64,000 nucleotides of DNA from Candidatus Dormibacteria bacterium (GCA_044450385.1 JBIOIZ010000003.1:10049-74048), one strand, 5' to 3'; counted from the first letter of the stretch, positions 1-9,077 are shown. A program made the numbers and translations. Notes: generated by a model not told the origin, from the sequence alone.

Positions 1-126
1 CCCGAGCCGATCGGTGAGCTCAGCGATGAGCTGTCGCGACAGCGCGTTGCGGTTGTGTGGCGAATCGAGCGTGACGGTGGCGATGCTCCCGTCCACGCTG
101 AGGTGGACAAGCTCGGTGTCGTTCAT
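1..126 (-). CDS. enoyl-CoA hydratase/isomerase (crotonase) family protein, N-terminal fragment; gene runs off the window start
   Basis: My own translation of the reverse strand from ATG at 126-124 gives MNDTELVHLSVDGSIATVTLDSPHNRNALSRQLIAELTDRLG, a typical crotonase N-terminus. Its start overlaps the stop of the upstream ATPase gene (ATGA at 123-126). Not in the ORF track because there is no stop in the window. Confidence 0.7.
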   Translation of the reverse strand, partial: MNDTELVHLSVDGSIATVTLDSPHNRNALSRQLIAELTDRLG

Positions 127-1292
127 AAGCGTTGCGTCTCCAGGCGTTTGAGGAACTCGTCGAACAGCGGGACGGTGAATGCGGTGTCCCCGTGCGCGGG
201 ACTGTAGATGATCCCCTTTGCGATCAGCGCCGAACGCCGCGGCGCGACCGACTCGACGCGCACCCCGAGCGCTGCCGCGATGTCACCGGATCGCTGCGGA
301 CCCGCTCCCAGGGACGCCATTGCGACCAGGTACTCCCGCTCCCGGGGCGTAAGGCGGTCGAGGCGAACCATGAAGAAGTTCTGGTCAAGTTGGTCCTGAA
401 CGCCGGGGGCGGCGCGATCGACGTCATCGATGTTGATGGGGCTCTGCGGGGCGATGTTCCAGACGTGGTATCCCCACTCCTGAAGGAAGTACGGATACCC
501 GTGGGAGCGTTCGACCATGATGTCCAGCGCCTCGCGGTCAATCGCGGCCCCACTCTCCGCCGCAGGTGCGGCGAGTGCGGTGCGAGCGTCGTCCTCACCG
601 AGCGAGCCGATTTCGGGAAAGTCGAACAGCCGCTCGGCATACGACTTCGCCTCGCCTGCCAGGGCTCGCAGCTGCGGAAGGCCGGCGCCCGTGAGGATCA
701 CCGGCAGGTTGAGCTGATTGGTCCGATGAATGGCGACGATCAGCGCGGAGAGCTCCTCGGGCCCCACGTACTGCAGCTCATCGACGGCGAGCACGATGCC
801 GGTGCCCCGGTCGCGCGCCGCCTCGCCGCATGCGACCAGCAGGTCGGTGACGTCGTCGGCGAGGTTCCCGGAGTCCGCCACCCCCTTGAGCGCCTCGACG
901 TCGATGGAGACACGGGTGCCGTCGGGAAGCTGCAGGGTGAAGGTCTTGAGGACACGAAGCGCACGGGTCACGGCGGTCGAGACGACGTTGCTGCTCAGCG
1001 GGATGAGAATCCGGCGCAGGCGAGCCGCCAGGAGCGATGGAAAATGACCGTGTTCGGGCGCCTCGATCAGCCCGACCCGGAACCCCTCCTGCTCGGCGAT
1101 CTCGGCGAACCGGTTCAGCAGGACGGTCTTGCCGGCTCCGCGCAACCCGATCATCAGGAGGCTCTTGCCCGGCCGCCCCGCGGCTGCACGGCGGAAGGCG
1201 ATCCCGAATCGGTTGATGAGCTCGTCTCGGCCGGTCAGGGCGGGAGGGGGAGTACCGGCACCTGGACGGAACGGATTTGCAAGCTCATCCAT
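123..1292 (-). CDS. AAA ATPase with C-terminal winged-helix region (Orc1/Cdc6- or archaeal-ATPase-like ATP-binding protein)
   Basis: 389-aa ORF. Walker A is GLRGAGKTVLL and Walker B is GIVLAVDELQYV. The C-terminal region LTPREREYLVAMASLG...SGDIAAALGV looks like a wHTH. AT-rich promoter-like spacer upstream (1293-1440). Confidence 0.75.
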   Translation of the reverse strand: MDELANPFRPGAGTPPPALTGRDELINRFGIAFRRAAAGRPGKSLLMIGLRGAGKTVLLNRFAEIAEQEGFRVGLIEAPEHGHFPSLLAARLRRILIPLSSNVVSTAVTRALRVLKTFTLQLPDGTRVSIDVEALKGVADSGNLADDVTDLLVACGEAARDRGTGIVLAVDELQYVGPEELSALIVAIHRTNQLNLPVILTGAGLPQLRALAGEAKSYAERLFDFPEIGSLGEDDARTALAAPAAESGAAIDREALDIMVERSHGYPYFLQEWGYHVWNIAPQSPINIDDVDRAAPGVQDQLDQNFFMVRLDRLTPREREYLVAMASLGAGPQRSGDIAAALGVRVESVAPRRSALIAKGIIYSPAHGDTAFTVPLFDEFLKRLETQRL

Positions 1293-1440
1293 CGATTCAA
1301 CGAATCTTATGCGATTAAACTGAGCTTATAAGACTTACTGAAATTTGCGGTGGGCAGCCAAAGATTGCGAAAACTCGGCTGAAGATGACCCATGTGTCCG
1401 CTTGGAGGCTGAGCAGGGGCACTACGTGTGCCGCCGAGAC

Positions 1441-2361
1441 CTACGCGACGACAACGACCGGCGCCCGACCGCGGTGCCGAACGCCGTCGAGGCCAAGGAT
1501 TGCCAGGGCGATCCACACGAGGCCGAACCCGAGGAGCAGCGCCAATGAGGTGGTCTCACGGAGGATGAGGACGCCGATGCCGAACTGGATCACGGGCGTC
1601 GCGTACTGGAGCAAGCCCATGGTGGACAGCGGCAGCCGCGTGGCGGCCGCGGCGAAGAAGAGCAGCGGGCCCGCCGTCACCGGGCCCGCCAGGACCAGCA
1701 GGCTGAGATGCCCGGGCGTCGCCGTATGCCCCACGAACGTTGCCTTACCGGCGAGAGCGAGCACCCCGAGCAGCACGAGCGCTGGACCGCTCGTCACCGC
1801 TCCCTCGATGAAGAGGCCCTCAGGCGGAGATGCCCGTACCTTCTTCTTCAGAAATCCGTACGTCGCGAAGGAGCACGCCAGCGACAGCGCGATCCAAAGA
1901 GGTCGCCCGTAGTCAAAGCTCACGATGGTGACGGCGATGAGGCCGAGGCCCACCGCCGCCCACTGGACGGCACGAAGTCGCTCATGAAGGATCACGACCC
2001 CAAGCCCGATCGTCACCAGTGGGTAGATGAAATACCCAAGGCTCGTCTCGATGACGCGCCCATCGTTGACGGCCCAGATGTAGATCCCCCAGTTGACGGC
2101 GATGGCGATCCCGGCTGCACAGAGACGCCACACCGTGCCGCTTTCGAGGTGACGGATACCGCCCAGCTCGTGCCGCAGCGCCAGCAGAACGGCGATGACG
2201 ACGAAACCGAGGACGATTCGGCAGCAGAGAATCTCGACGGCATTCGCCGGCTCGAGCAGTGGCCAGAACAGCGGCGAGAATCCCCACAGGAAGGACGCGC
2301 TGAATCCATAGAGCAGACCGCTGGCTGCGGGGGTTCGTCTCGTCGATGTGCTTGCATGCAT
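1441..2361 (-). CDS. rarD: EamA/RarD-type drug/metabolite transporter (DMT superfamily)
   Basis: 306 aa and about 10 predicted TM helices. Sequence is RarD-like throughout (GLLYGFSASFLWGFSPLFW, GYFIYPLVT, LGLLQYATPVIQF). Confidence 0.8.
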   Translation of the reverse strand: MHASTSTRRTPAASGLLYGFSASFLWGFSPLFWPLLEPANAVEILCCRIVLGFVVIAVLLALRHELGGIRHLESGTVWRLCAAGIAIAVNWGIYIWAVNDGRVIETSLGYFIYPLVTIGLGVVILHERLRAVQWAAVGLGLIAVTIVSFDYGRPLWIALSLACSFATYGFLKKKVRASPPEGLFIEGAVTSGPALVLLGVLALAGKATFVGHTATPGHLSLLVLAGPVTAGPLLFFAAAATRLPLSTMGLLQYATPVIQFGIGVLILRETTSLALLLGFGLVWIALAILGLDGVRHRGRAPVVVVA

Positions 2362-2433
2362 GTGGCCGGCACAGGAAGACTACCCTGGTTGCAGCGAGGC
2401 CACGCCGAGCTCCCGGCGGTGCAGGACGCCGAG

Positions 2434-3582
2434 CTAGTAGATGAAGGCCTCAACGTCGTAGAGCGACCCGATGTGCCGCTGATCGACGACCCCGAGGCCG
2501 AGCATGTTCGCCTCATCGACGGTGAAGCTCGACGACCCCTGCACGGCGACGACGTATGCCACATGTCCGAACTGGCTGTAGCCGTTGCCCGGTCCGAACA
2601 CGACGAGACTGCCCACACGTGGTGTCCTGCCTTCGGGTCGCCCCGCGAGCCGCGCCGTGTACGCCCATTCCCACGCGTTACCACTCCAGTAGACATTGCG
2701 CAATGACGCCACGTACCAGGTGCACTGTCCCCACGGATAGTCATCGAGACGCGGGCCGAAAGCGAACGGCCGTAATGCATTCCCCAGCACGTGCGCCGCG
2801 CCGGCGCCCGCTGCCGCCGCTGCCGCCGCCGCCGCGGCCTCCTGTTCGTGGCGCACCTCGACGATCTTCGACTGCACACCCTGGAGTTCCGCCAGCAGTG
2901 TGGCTGCCTTGCCCTTCAGCGACGACGCCTGCTGTCGATAGGTCAGCTCCTCGTTCGTCTGCTGCTCGGCAAGCGTATGGAGATTGTCGACGAGCGCGTT
3001 CGCGTGCTGCTGGTCCTGTTGTTGTTGGGTCTGCAGCCTGTCGAGCTGGTCTCGCTTTCCCTGGATCTGCGTCACCAGCTGCCTCACGCGCGTGCTCACC
3101 TGGTCGGCGCTCGTGAGCGCATCCATTGCGTCGATGAAGCTCTTGCTGTCCACAAGAATCGCGGTGACCGATCCGTCGTCGGTCAGTTCGTACACATGCT
3201 TGAGGATCTGGGCGAGATCGGCCTGGTCGGCCGTGTATTCACTGTGGACGATCTGCAGTTGTGCGCTCGTGTTCGCGAGATTGTTGTTCGCCTGATCGAG
3301 CTCCAGCTGCGCCTGCGCAAGTTGCGCCTGCGTGCTCGCGATGGCGTGTGCGGATGCGAGCGCATTCCCGAGCGCCGCCGAACTCGCACTGCTGAGCGAT
3401 GCGATTGCATGACTCAGCCCACTTGCCTGTGCTGAGAGTGCCTGGATCTGCTGAGTGAACTGATCAGCAAGGACGTTACCCTGGCTGAACGGCGAGCCGG
3501 TCACCAGCAGTGCGATCGCGCCGGCCGAGGCGACGAGGGACACGCGGCGAGCGAGCAACAACGGCCTCCGTGAGCTGGACAC
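2434..3582 (-). CDS. secreted coiled-coil + CHAP-domain peptidoglycan hydrolase (PcsB-like architecture)
   Basis: C-terminal CHAP motifs (GQCTWYVA...GHVAYVVAV). Long Q/A/L-rich coiled-coil N-terminal part and a poly-Ala linker. Start set at GTG 3582 (VSSSRRPLLLARRVSLVASAGAIALLV, a signal peptide); the ORF track extends to TTG 3627. Confidence 0.8.
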   Translation of the reverse strand: MSSSRRPLLLARRVSLVASAGAIALLVTGSPFSQGNVLADQFTQQIQALSAQASGLSHAIASLSSASSAALGNALASAHAIASTQAQLAQAQLELDQANNNLANTSAQLQIVHSEYTADQADLAQILKHVYELTDDGSVTAILVDSKSFIDAMDALTSADQVSTRVRQLVTQIQGKRDQLDRLQTQQQQDQQHANALVDNLHTLAEQQTNEELTYRQQASSLKGKAATLLAELQGVQSKIVEVRHEQEAAAAAAAAAAGAGAAHVLGNALRPFAFGPRLDDYPWGQCTWYVASLRNVYWSGNAWEWAYTARLAGRPEGRTPRVGSLVVFGPGNGYSQFGHVAYVVAVQGSSSFTVDEANMLGLGVVDQRHIGSLYDVEAFIY

Positions 3583-3731
3583 GAACTGGATCGGAACGGT
3601 CCCCGACCGTAACAGGCATCTTCCCAACGGTCAACCCCATTTCGACGCTTTTGTCGATTGCACATTGCCCAACATCACAACCACCGGACACTTCAGACGT
3701 TCCAGTCGCGTCGCGGCTGCGCGGTACACTG

Positions 3732-4091
3732 ATGATCGGCATGGACATCGCTGGGCACCTCCCCGAGCTGATCATCCTTTTCGTGCTCGTCCTGATCATC
3801 TGGGGGCCGGGGAAGCTTCCCGACGTGGGCGCTGCAGTTGGACGCGGCATCCGCGAGTTCCGGAAAGCTTCGGCCGAAACCCGTGAAGCGGTGCGTCGCG
3901 CGACGGCGACTCCGGATGAGCCGGGCGCGTCTGCACCAACAAGTCCTGAATCCTCGAATGCGCCGACGCCGGCCGCCGAGATGCCGAACAGCGTGACCCC
4001 TGACGCCGAGGAGCCGAGGACGCCGGACGCTGTGCCGGCTGCCGAACCCGTGTCGTCCCCTGGAGGATCACCTAACTCTCAGCCGGGCTGA
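3732..4091 (+). CDS. tatA: twin-arginine translocase TatA/TatE family subunit
   Basis: An internal ATG at 3732 gives MIGMDIAGHLPELIILFVLVLIIWGPGKLPDVGAAVGRGIREFRKA, the canonical TatA TM-plus-amphipathic-helix signature. Followed by a Pro/Ala/Glu-rich tail. Confidence 0.85.
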   Translation: MIGMDIAGHLPELIILFVLVLIIWGPGKLPDVGAAVGRGIREFRKASAETREAVRRATATPDEPGASAPTSPESSNAPTPAAEMPNSVTPDAEEPRTPDAVPAAEPVSSPGGSPNSQPG

Positions 4092-4113
4092 GCGGTCGAC
4101 GGCAGGCCGGGCG

Positions 4114-4506
4114 TCAGTTGGGCGCGGGGGCCTCCACAGCCGCGAAGGCCTCCTGGCGGCTCCGGTAGTCGTCGATGCGCACGATCCGGCCGCCGCGCAC
4201 CTTGAACACCATGAAGATCTCCCCGTCCAGAAACGGTATCTCGCGAAATCGGGCCCCTGCGATGCCGACCACGACGCTCTCGCCGGCTGCATTGAGCTCG
4301 AGATGCTCGACGCCGGTATCGCCGTGGTCGAGCGAGGCACGCATGCGTTCCACGACTGCGCCCCGTCCGTTGCACACGAGGTCGGGAAGAACCCCCTGGT
4401 GGACCACGTCGGGATCGAGGCTGGCGGCGACGGCGTCGAGATCTCTCCGGCGCCTGGCGTGGAAGTGGTCGAAGACCGTCGCCATGGCTGCATCGCTCAT
4501 CGCCAT
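4114..4506 (-). CDS. SnoaL-like / NTF2-fold protein
   Basis: 130-aa product from ATG 4506 (MAMSDAAMATVFDHFHARRRRDLDAVAASLDPDVVH...RIVRIDDY). Size and pattern are typical of SnoaL-like polyketide-cyclase-fold proteins. The longer 259-aa ORF upstream part is Arg-rich noise. Confidence 0.6.
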   Translation of the reverse strand: MAMSDAAMATVFDHFHARRRRDLDAVAASLDPDVVHQGVLPDLVCNGRGAVVERMRASLDHGDTGVEHLELNAAGESVVVGIAGARFREIPFLDGEIFMVFKVRGGRIVRIDDYRSRQEAFAAVEAPAPN

Positions 4507-4607
4507 CTCCTTCAGCACCGGTTGCGGCTTTCCCCGTCGACTAGTATCGAGCCGAGGCGTGCCGATGAAAGCGAATAGAAAGGACCGACCGTTCACCATG
4601 GTGACTG

Positions 4608-5558
4608 ATGAACGATGACCGCTGGGCGTTCCCGCCCCAGCCACCGGCATGGCCGCCCGCGCCGTCGACGGCGCCTCGGAGGCGCAACTCGCGAACGCTT
4701 GCCGTCGTCGCCCTGTTCGTGACGACCGGACTCGTCGCCGCCGCGATCGGCGTGGGCGGTGTGCTCCTGGTCCGCCATGTCCAGGGCACTCCGTCGACCA
4801 CGAACGGACCGACGATCGCGCCCGGGTCCAGTGCCGGACCCGCCCAGGCGAGGGCGCTCTACGCTCAGGCGATTGCCGCAACTCGAGGCACAACGGGGTT
4901 CCACTACGTGGCCGTCTCCCAGGGAGGCTTGCCCCAGACCATCGTGGGGGACGCCGGCCAGTCGAGCGGACGTCAGACCATCACCGTCGTTTCGAGCTAC
5001 GGCAGGGAGCAGTTCACCCTGCTGCTGGTCAATGGCACGGTCTACTTCCAGGGCAACACGCCGGCGGTCGAGGACCAGCTCGGTGTGTCGGCGGCGACAG
5101 CTCCGAGCTTTGCGAACAAGGTGATCTCGGTCGTGCGCGGCGACGGTCCATACACGGTGCTCCAGCCAGGGATCACCACCTCGAGCCAGGCCGTCGAAAT
5201 GGCCCTGACGCCACAGTCAAGCACCAGGGTCACGGCCCAGGGGGGCGTCACCGCCACGCGGATCTCTGGAATCGTTCCGCCGGCCAATGGGCTTCCGGCA
5301 GGAACGGGATCACTTGACATCGCTCCGAGCTCTGACCTGCCGATCACCTACACGTCGACGGTGTCGGTGAGGACGGCGTCCGGGAATGTTGTGCTGACGT
5401 TCACCACCAACTTCAGCGCCTGGGGGACCGCCCCCTCGGTCATGACACCGAGCGGAGCAACCGCGTGGTCGAGCCTGACCACGGCGCAACCTCCGGGCGG
5501 GTACGGCGCCGGCGGGACGCCGGCTGCCGCGCCGACCGCAACGCCAGGCGCGATCTGA
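4608..5558 (+). CDS. membrane-anchored exported protein of unknown function
   Basis: 316 aa. Pro-rich N-terminus, one TM helix (LAVVALFVTTGLVAAAIGVGGVLLV), then a beta-rich T/S/V/G region. No recognisable catalytic motif. Confidence 0.55.
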   Translation: MNDDRWAFPPQPPAWPPAPSTAPRRRNSRTLAVVALFVTTGLVAAAIGVGGVLLVRHVQGTPSTTNGPTIAPGSSAGPAQARALYAQAIAATRGTTGFHYVAVSQGGLPQTIVGDAGQSSGRQTITVVSSYGREQFTLLLVNGTVYFQGNTPAVEDQLGVSAATAPSFANKVISVVRGDGPYTVLQPGITTSSQAVEMALTPQSSTRVTAQGGVTATRISGIVPPANGLPAGTGSLDIAPSSDLPITYTSTVSVRTASGNVVLTFTTNFSAWGTAPSVMTPSGATAWSSLTTAQPPGGYGAGGTPAAAPTATPGAI

Positions 5559-5582
5559 CCGGCGTCGCTCAGAGCGCGGAGA

Positions 5583-5783
5583 CTACTGCACGAAGCGTTC
5601 GGCGATGAGGTCCTCGAGGACTGAGCGACCGATCTCGGCGGCGTCCTGATCCTTGATCGCGTGGGGATCGAGGTCGGGGAAGAAGTGCGCGACCTCCGCC
5701 GGATCCTCATTGATCAGCCAGCGGATGAACGCGTGACCGAACTCGGCCGCTTGCAAATCGGTCAGCTCCTCGATCTTTGCCAT
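5583..5783 (-). CDS. small acidic hypothetical protein (66 aa)
   Basis: ATG-initiated ORF MAKIEELTDLQAAEFGHAFIRWLINEDPAEV... with non-repetitive, protein-like composition. No family recognised. Confidence 0.4.
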   Translation of the reverse strand: MAKIEELTDLQAAEFGHAFIRWLINEDPAEVAHFFPDLDPHAIKDQDAAEIGRSVLEDLIAERFVQ

Positions 5784-6164
5784 CTGCGCTCTCCTCGCTC
5801 GATGCCGGCGGCGACCAATCTGGCCTGTCGGCGGGATTATCCCGCGTCCGTACCGGACTGGATGGGGAAGGTATGGCCGCCAGGAGCAGGAGGGGGAGAG
5901 ACGCTCCAGCGGCGGCCATACCTGTCAGATCGCGGAGCGCGCGGCTCCATCGGACCCGAAGACTCTGCCCGGCAGATCGACGTCGTGCGAGATGGGGGAA
6001 CGCACTCCGCCGTGTCCTCGAGACATCGAGCTTGGAACGCGCTCACCCATTACGTCGGTCCGCGACCGCACACAACCGGGATTCAGCGCAGGAGTGCTCG
6101 GATCGCCGAAGAACGCGCTGCGAGCGACTGCATGAATCTGTCGCACGAGCGCAGAGTGGACGGC

Positions 6165-7070
6165 ATGAGCGCAGGGAAGTGGACCGCAGCGGATCTCCCG
6201 GACATGACCGGCCGAACCGTCATCGTGACCGGGGCTTCGAGCGGGCTTGGTATGGCGACCACTGCGGAGCTGGCTCGCGCCGGCGCGCGTGTGATCCTCG
6301 CCGTGCGCAATGTCGCGAAAGGTGACGAGGTCGCACGTCGTGTGGAAGGTCTCACCGAGGTCCGGGAGCTGGACCTCACCGACCTGGCGTCGATCCGCAC
6401 GTTCGCCACCGCCTGGACTGGCGACCTCGATCTGCTGATCAACAACGCCGGCATCATGATGGTGCCGCAGGGTACGACCGCCGACGGGTTCGAGCTGCAG
6501 ATCGGCACCAACCACCTCGGTCACTTCGCGCTGACCAACCTGCTGCTGCCGCACATCACCGATCGAGTGGTGACGGTTTCCTCGCAGCTCCACAGAAATG
6601 GCAATGTCGATGTGAACGATCTCAACTGGGAGCGGCGGCCGTACAACCGCGATCGCGCATACGCGGACTCGAAACAGGCGAACCTGCTGTTCACGCTGGA
6701 ACTGCAGCGACGCCTCGACGCGTCGGGCAGCGCGGTGCGAGCGGTGTCCGCACATCCCGGGGTCACGAAAACGAACCTTGCTGCTCACCTCAGCGGCTTC
6801 CGTGGCATGGTCGCGCAGATCGGCATCCGCGTTGTTGCCCAGGACGCTGAGCACGGTGTTCTGCCGGCTCTGTATGCCGCCACACAGGACATTCCCGGCG
6901 GCACATACGTCGGACCAGGTGGGATTGGCCAGATCCGCGGAGCACCGGTCGTGACAGCGCCGTCAAAGGCGTCGCAGGATCCCGATCTCGCCGCACGTCT
7001 CTGGGCGCGCTCGGTTCAGCTCACCGGTGTCGACTTCCCGGCGCGGGTTCCAGCCCGCGCGCTCCTATAG
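6165..7070 (+). CDS. short-chain dehydrogenase/reductase (classical SDR)
   Basis: TGASSGLG cofactor motif directly after start MSAGKWTAADLPDMTGRTVIVTGASSGLG. NNAG motif and YADSK active site present. The ORF track's 469-aa version is a 5' over-extension. Confidence 0.85.
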   Translation: MSAGKWTAADLPDMTGRTVIVTGASSGLGMATTAELARAGARVILAVRNVAKGDEVARRVEGLTEVRELDLTDLASIRTFATAWTGDLDLLINNAGIMMVPQGTTADGFELQIGTNHLGHFALTNLLLPHITDRVVTVSSQLHRNGNVDVNDLNWERRPYNRDRAYADSKQANLLFTLELQRRLDASGSAVRAVSAHPGVTKTNLAAHLSGFRGMVAQIGIRVVAQDAEHGVLPALYAATQDIPGGTYVGPGGIGQIRGAPVVTAPSKASQDPDLAARLWARSVQLTGVDFPARVPARALL

Positions 7071-7128
7071 TTGACCCCATCGATCAGTGGCGGCCACAGG
7101 TGACGAACCCGACGATGAGGAGACCGAG

Positions 7129-8157
7129 GTGACAAGAGCAGCGCATCTCGTGGGCAGCATGCCCGGCGACGACGCAGACGACGCGATGCGGCTGGCGGTC
7201 ACCCATCTCGGACCCAAACTTCGTTCCCTGCCCGATGGGGAGACGGGTGACCGGCACAACTGGATCATCCACATCATCGAGGGGATGCGGACCCATCCCG
7301 ACCTCGAGTTGAAGAAGGACGGCGACTGGTCCGACTACGACAAGATCCCCGTGTTTCGCGTGCGTCGAGGCCACACGTTGCGGGCGGAGACTCTCGACTT
7401 CGGACATCTCGCTGCGTTCGAGGAGAACTGGCCGGCATTCGTGAAGGTGCGCGAGGGCCAGAAGAACCCGGCGCTGGCCTTCCAGTCGGGTGTCCCAGGT
7501 GACCTTGACATGGCGCTGTTCACGCTCGGGCCGATCGGCGTGCTGCGTCATCGCGCCGCCTTTCGACGCGCGACCCTCCGCGAGATTCGTGAGATCCACC
7601 GGCGGGGTGGGAAGGATGTCGTCTTTCAGATCGAGATCCCGGCCGAGCTCGCATTTGTCGCTCGGACTCCCGGGCCGTTGCGTCCGTTGATGGCGACACT
7701 CCTCGGCCGCGGCGTTGCCCGTCTGGCACGACAGTCGCCGGCCGGGGCCCGGTTCGGCATCCACCTGTGTCTGGGGGACATGAACCACCGGGCACTGGCT
7801 TCGATGCCTGACACGGCCCCGGTGGTGCTCCTTGCCAACGCAATCGTCAAGGCGTGGCCGGCCGGGCGGCCGCTGGAGTTCGTTCATGCTCCCTTCGCGG
7901 CCGCCGAGAAGGAGCCCCGCACCGACCCCGCGTGGTATGCGCCGCTGAAGCGGCTCAAGCTCCCGGGGACCACTCGATTCGCAGCCGGCTTCGTCCATGA
8001 GGACCAGGACCTCGAGGTGCAGCGACAGCTCCGAAGCCTGATCGAGCGGAACGTCGGGCGTGAGGTCGATGTTTCGACCTCGTGCGGACTCGGGCGGCGT
8101 TCACGTCCGGCAGCGATGGCCGCTCTCGAACGCACGGCGGCGCTGACCGGCGACTGA
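7129..8157 (+). CDS. MetE-like (cobalamin-independent methionine synthase C-terminal / UROD-fold) family protein
   Basis: N-terminal AAHLVGSMPG resembles the THVGSLPR start of the MetE-like family. Putative Zn ligands in GIHLCLGD and STSCGLG. GAGGAG RBS lies 6 nt before GTG 7129 (alternative GTG at 7087). Confidence 0.55.
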   Translation: MTRAAHLVGSMPGDDADDAMRLAVTHLGPKLRSLPDGETGDRHNWIIHIIEGMRTHPDLELKKDGDWSDYDKIPVFRVRRGHTLRAETLDFGHLAAFEENWPAFVKVREGQKNPALAFQSGVPGDLDMALFTLGPIGVLRHRAAFRRATLREIREIHRRGGKDVVFQIEIPAELAFVARTPGPLRPLMATLLGRGVARLARQSPAGARFGIHLCLGDMNHRALASMPDTAPVVLLANAIVKAWPAGRPLEFVHAPFAAAEKEPRTDPAWYAPLKRLKLPGTTRFAAGFVHEDQDLEVQRQLRSLIERNVGREVDVSTSCGLGRRSRPAAMAALERTAALTGD

Positions 8158-8261
8158 TTCGTCGCCGGCGCCCTCGCGACCTGGCATGGCGGCCAGGATC
8201 GTCACCATCCGGTGCTCGCGCCGTCACGAGGGACGAGGTCGTCGCCTTCTCTGTCGTCGGC

Positions 8262-9077
8262 CTAAGGCTGCTTGCGTTGGAATCCTCTTCGACGCGCGCT
8301 GGGAAAGATTCGTGATCGAAGGGGCACGCTGGGTCTCGATCGTCTCGAGACATCCTCAAACGACTCTCCTTCAGGGAGATGGATGGCGAACATCTCGTCG
8401 GGAACATCGACGTCGAAGGCGACCTCGACCATCTCCATGACGAAGAAGGGCAGTCCGCGAAGTCGTGCCTCGGTTCGGAGCAAGATGCCTCGCTCCGCAT
8501 CGACGCTCATCAGGTAGTCGTCAGCGTCAGGTCCGAGCTCACTAAGCGGATCGGGCTCGTGCTCGTTTCGAGCCCGGGGCAGGCCGCGGACCTGAAATAC
8601 CCCTCGCCCATTGAGGGTGTCGCTCCCCATGAGTTCCAGGCGGAGCGCGGTCAGCAGCGGGGCCGTGTCGACAAGCGCCACCGCCGGCCCAAGGCCGAGC
8701 CGGTGGTTGGCGGCACCGCGGTTCGTCATTCCGCCTGTATACGGTGACCAGCTCCACCACGATGCTCCGTCCTGGACTGTCGTCACCGTCCCCGAGCCAG
8801 TCGAGCGTTCCAGGCGCGTGCGGCGCCGACCTTGCATCCACAGCCGCCACCCTTCCTCGGTCTCGTCGGGCTCGGGTGGTTGGTCCGCCAGTGCAACGTA
8901 GCCGGTCCACGCGACGCCGGAGGGATCGCCCGCGCGCATTGCGGCGAAACGACGCTCTCCGATTTCATTGCGACGCGGGTTGTGGGACCACGCGCGCCCA
9001 GTTGCCCGCAAGGTGTTCCAGCGCTCGTCGGAGCCGTGCAGGAGCTCCAGGACCTGACCCAAGTCGCCCATGGTCAT
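8262..9077 (-). CDS. hypothetical protein, possibly LolA/LppX-like beta-fold
   Basis: 271 aa from ATG 9077 (MTMGDLGQVLELLHGSDERWNTLRATG...). The fold assignment is only an impression from sequence pattern. No signal peptide. Confidence 0.4.
   Translation of the reverse strand: MTMGDLGQVLELLHGSDERWNTLRATGRAWSHNPRRNEIGERRFAAMRAGDPSGVAWTGYVALADQPPEPDETEEGWRLWMQGRRRTRLERSTGSGTVTTVQDGASWWSWSPYTGGMTNRGAANHRLGLGPAVALVDTAPLLTALRLELMGSDTLNGRGVFQVRGLPRARNEHEPDPLSELGPDADDYLMSVDAERGILLRTEARLRGLPFFVMEMVEVAFDVDVPDEMFAIHLPEGESFEDVSRRSRPSVPLRSRIFPSARRRGFQRKQP

Noticed and set aside
2793-2842. GCC/GCG-rich trinucleotide run, considered as a microsatellite or repeat element.
   Set aside because: It is in frame within the CHAP gene and simply encodes the poly-Ala/Gly linker. 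Noted under that finding, not called as a separate repeat feature.
3583-3731. Possible ydaO/cyclic-di-AMP riboswitch in the 5' region of the CHAP hydrolase gene. Such riboswitches often precede cell-wall hydrolase genes in high-GC Gram-positives. The region contains GGGGACC and CCGATCC.
   Set aside because: The conserved ydaO blocks I remember (GGGGUGAAUC, ACCCGAACCCG.CAGCUAACCUCGUAAGCG) are absent, and the spacer is short. Only an Rfam scan could revive this.
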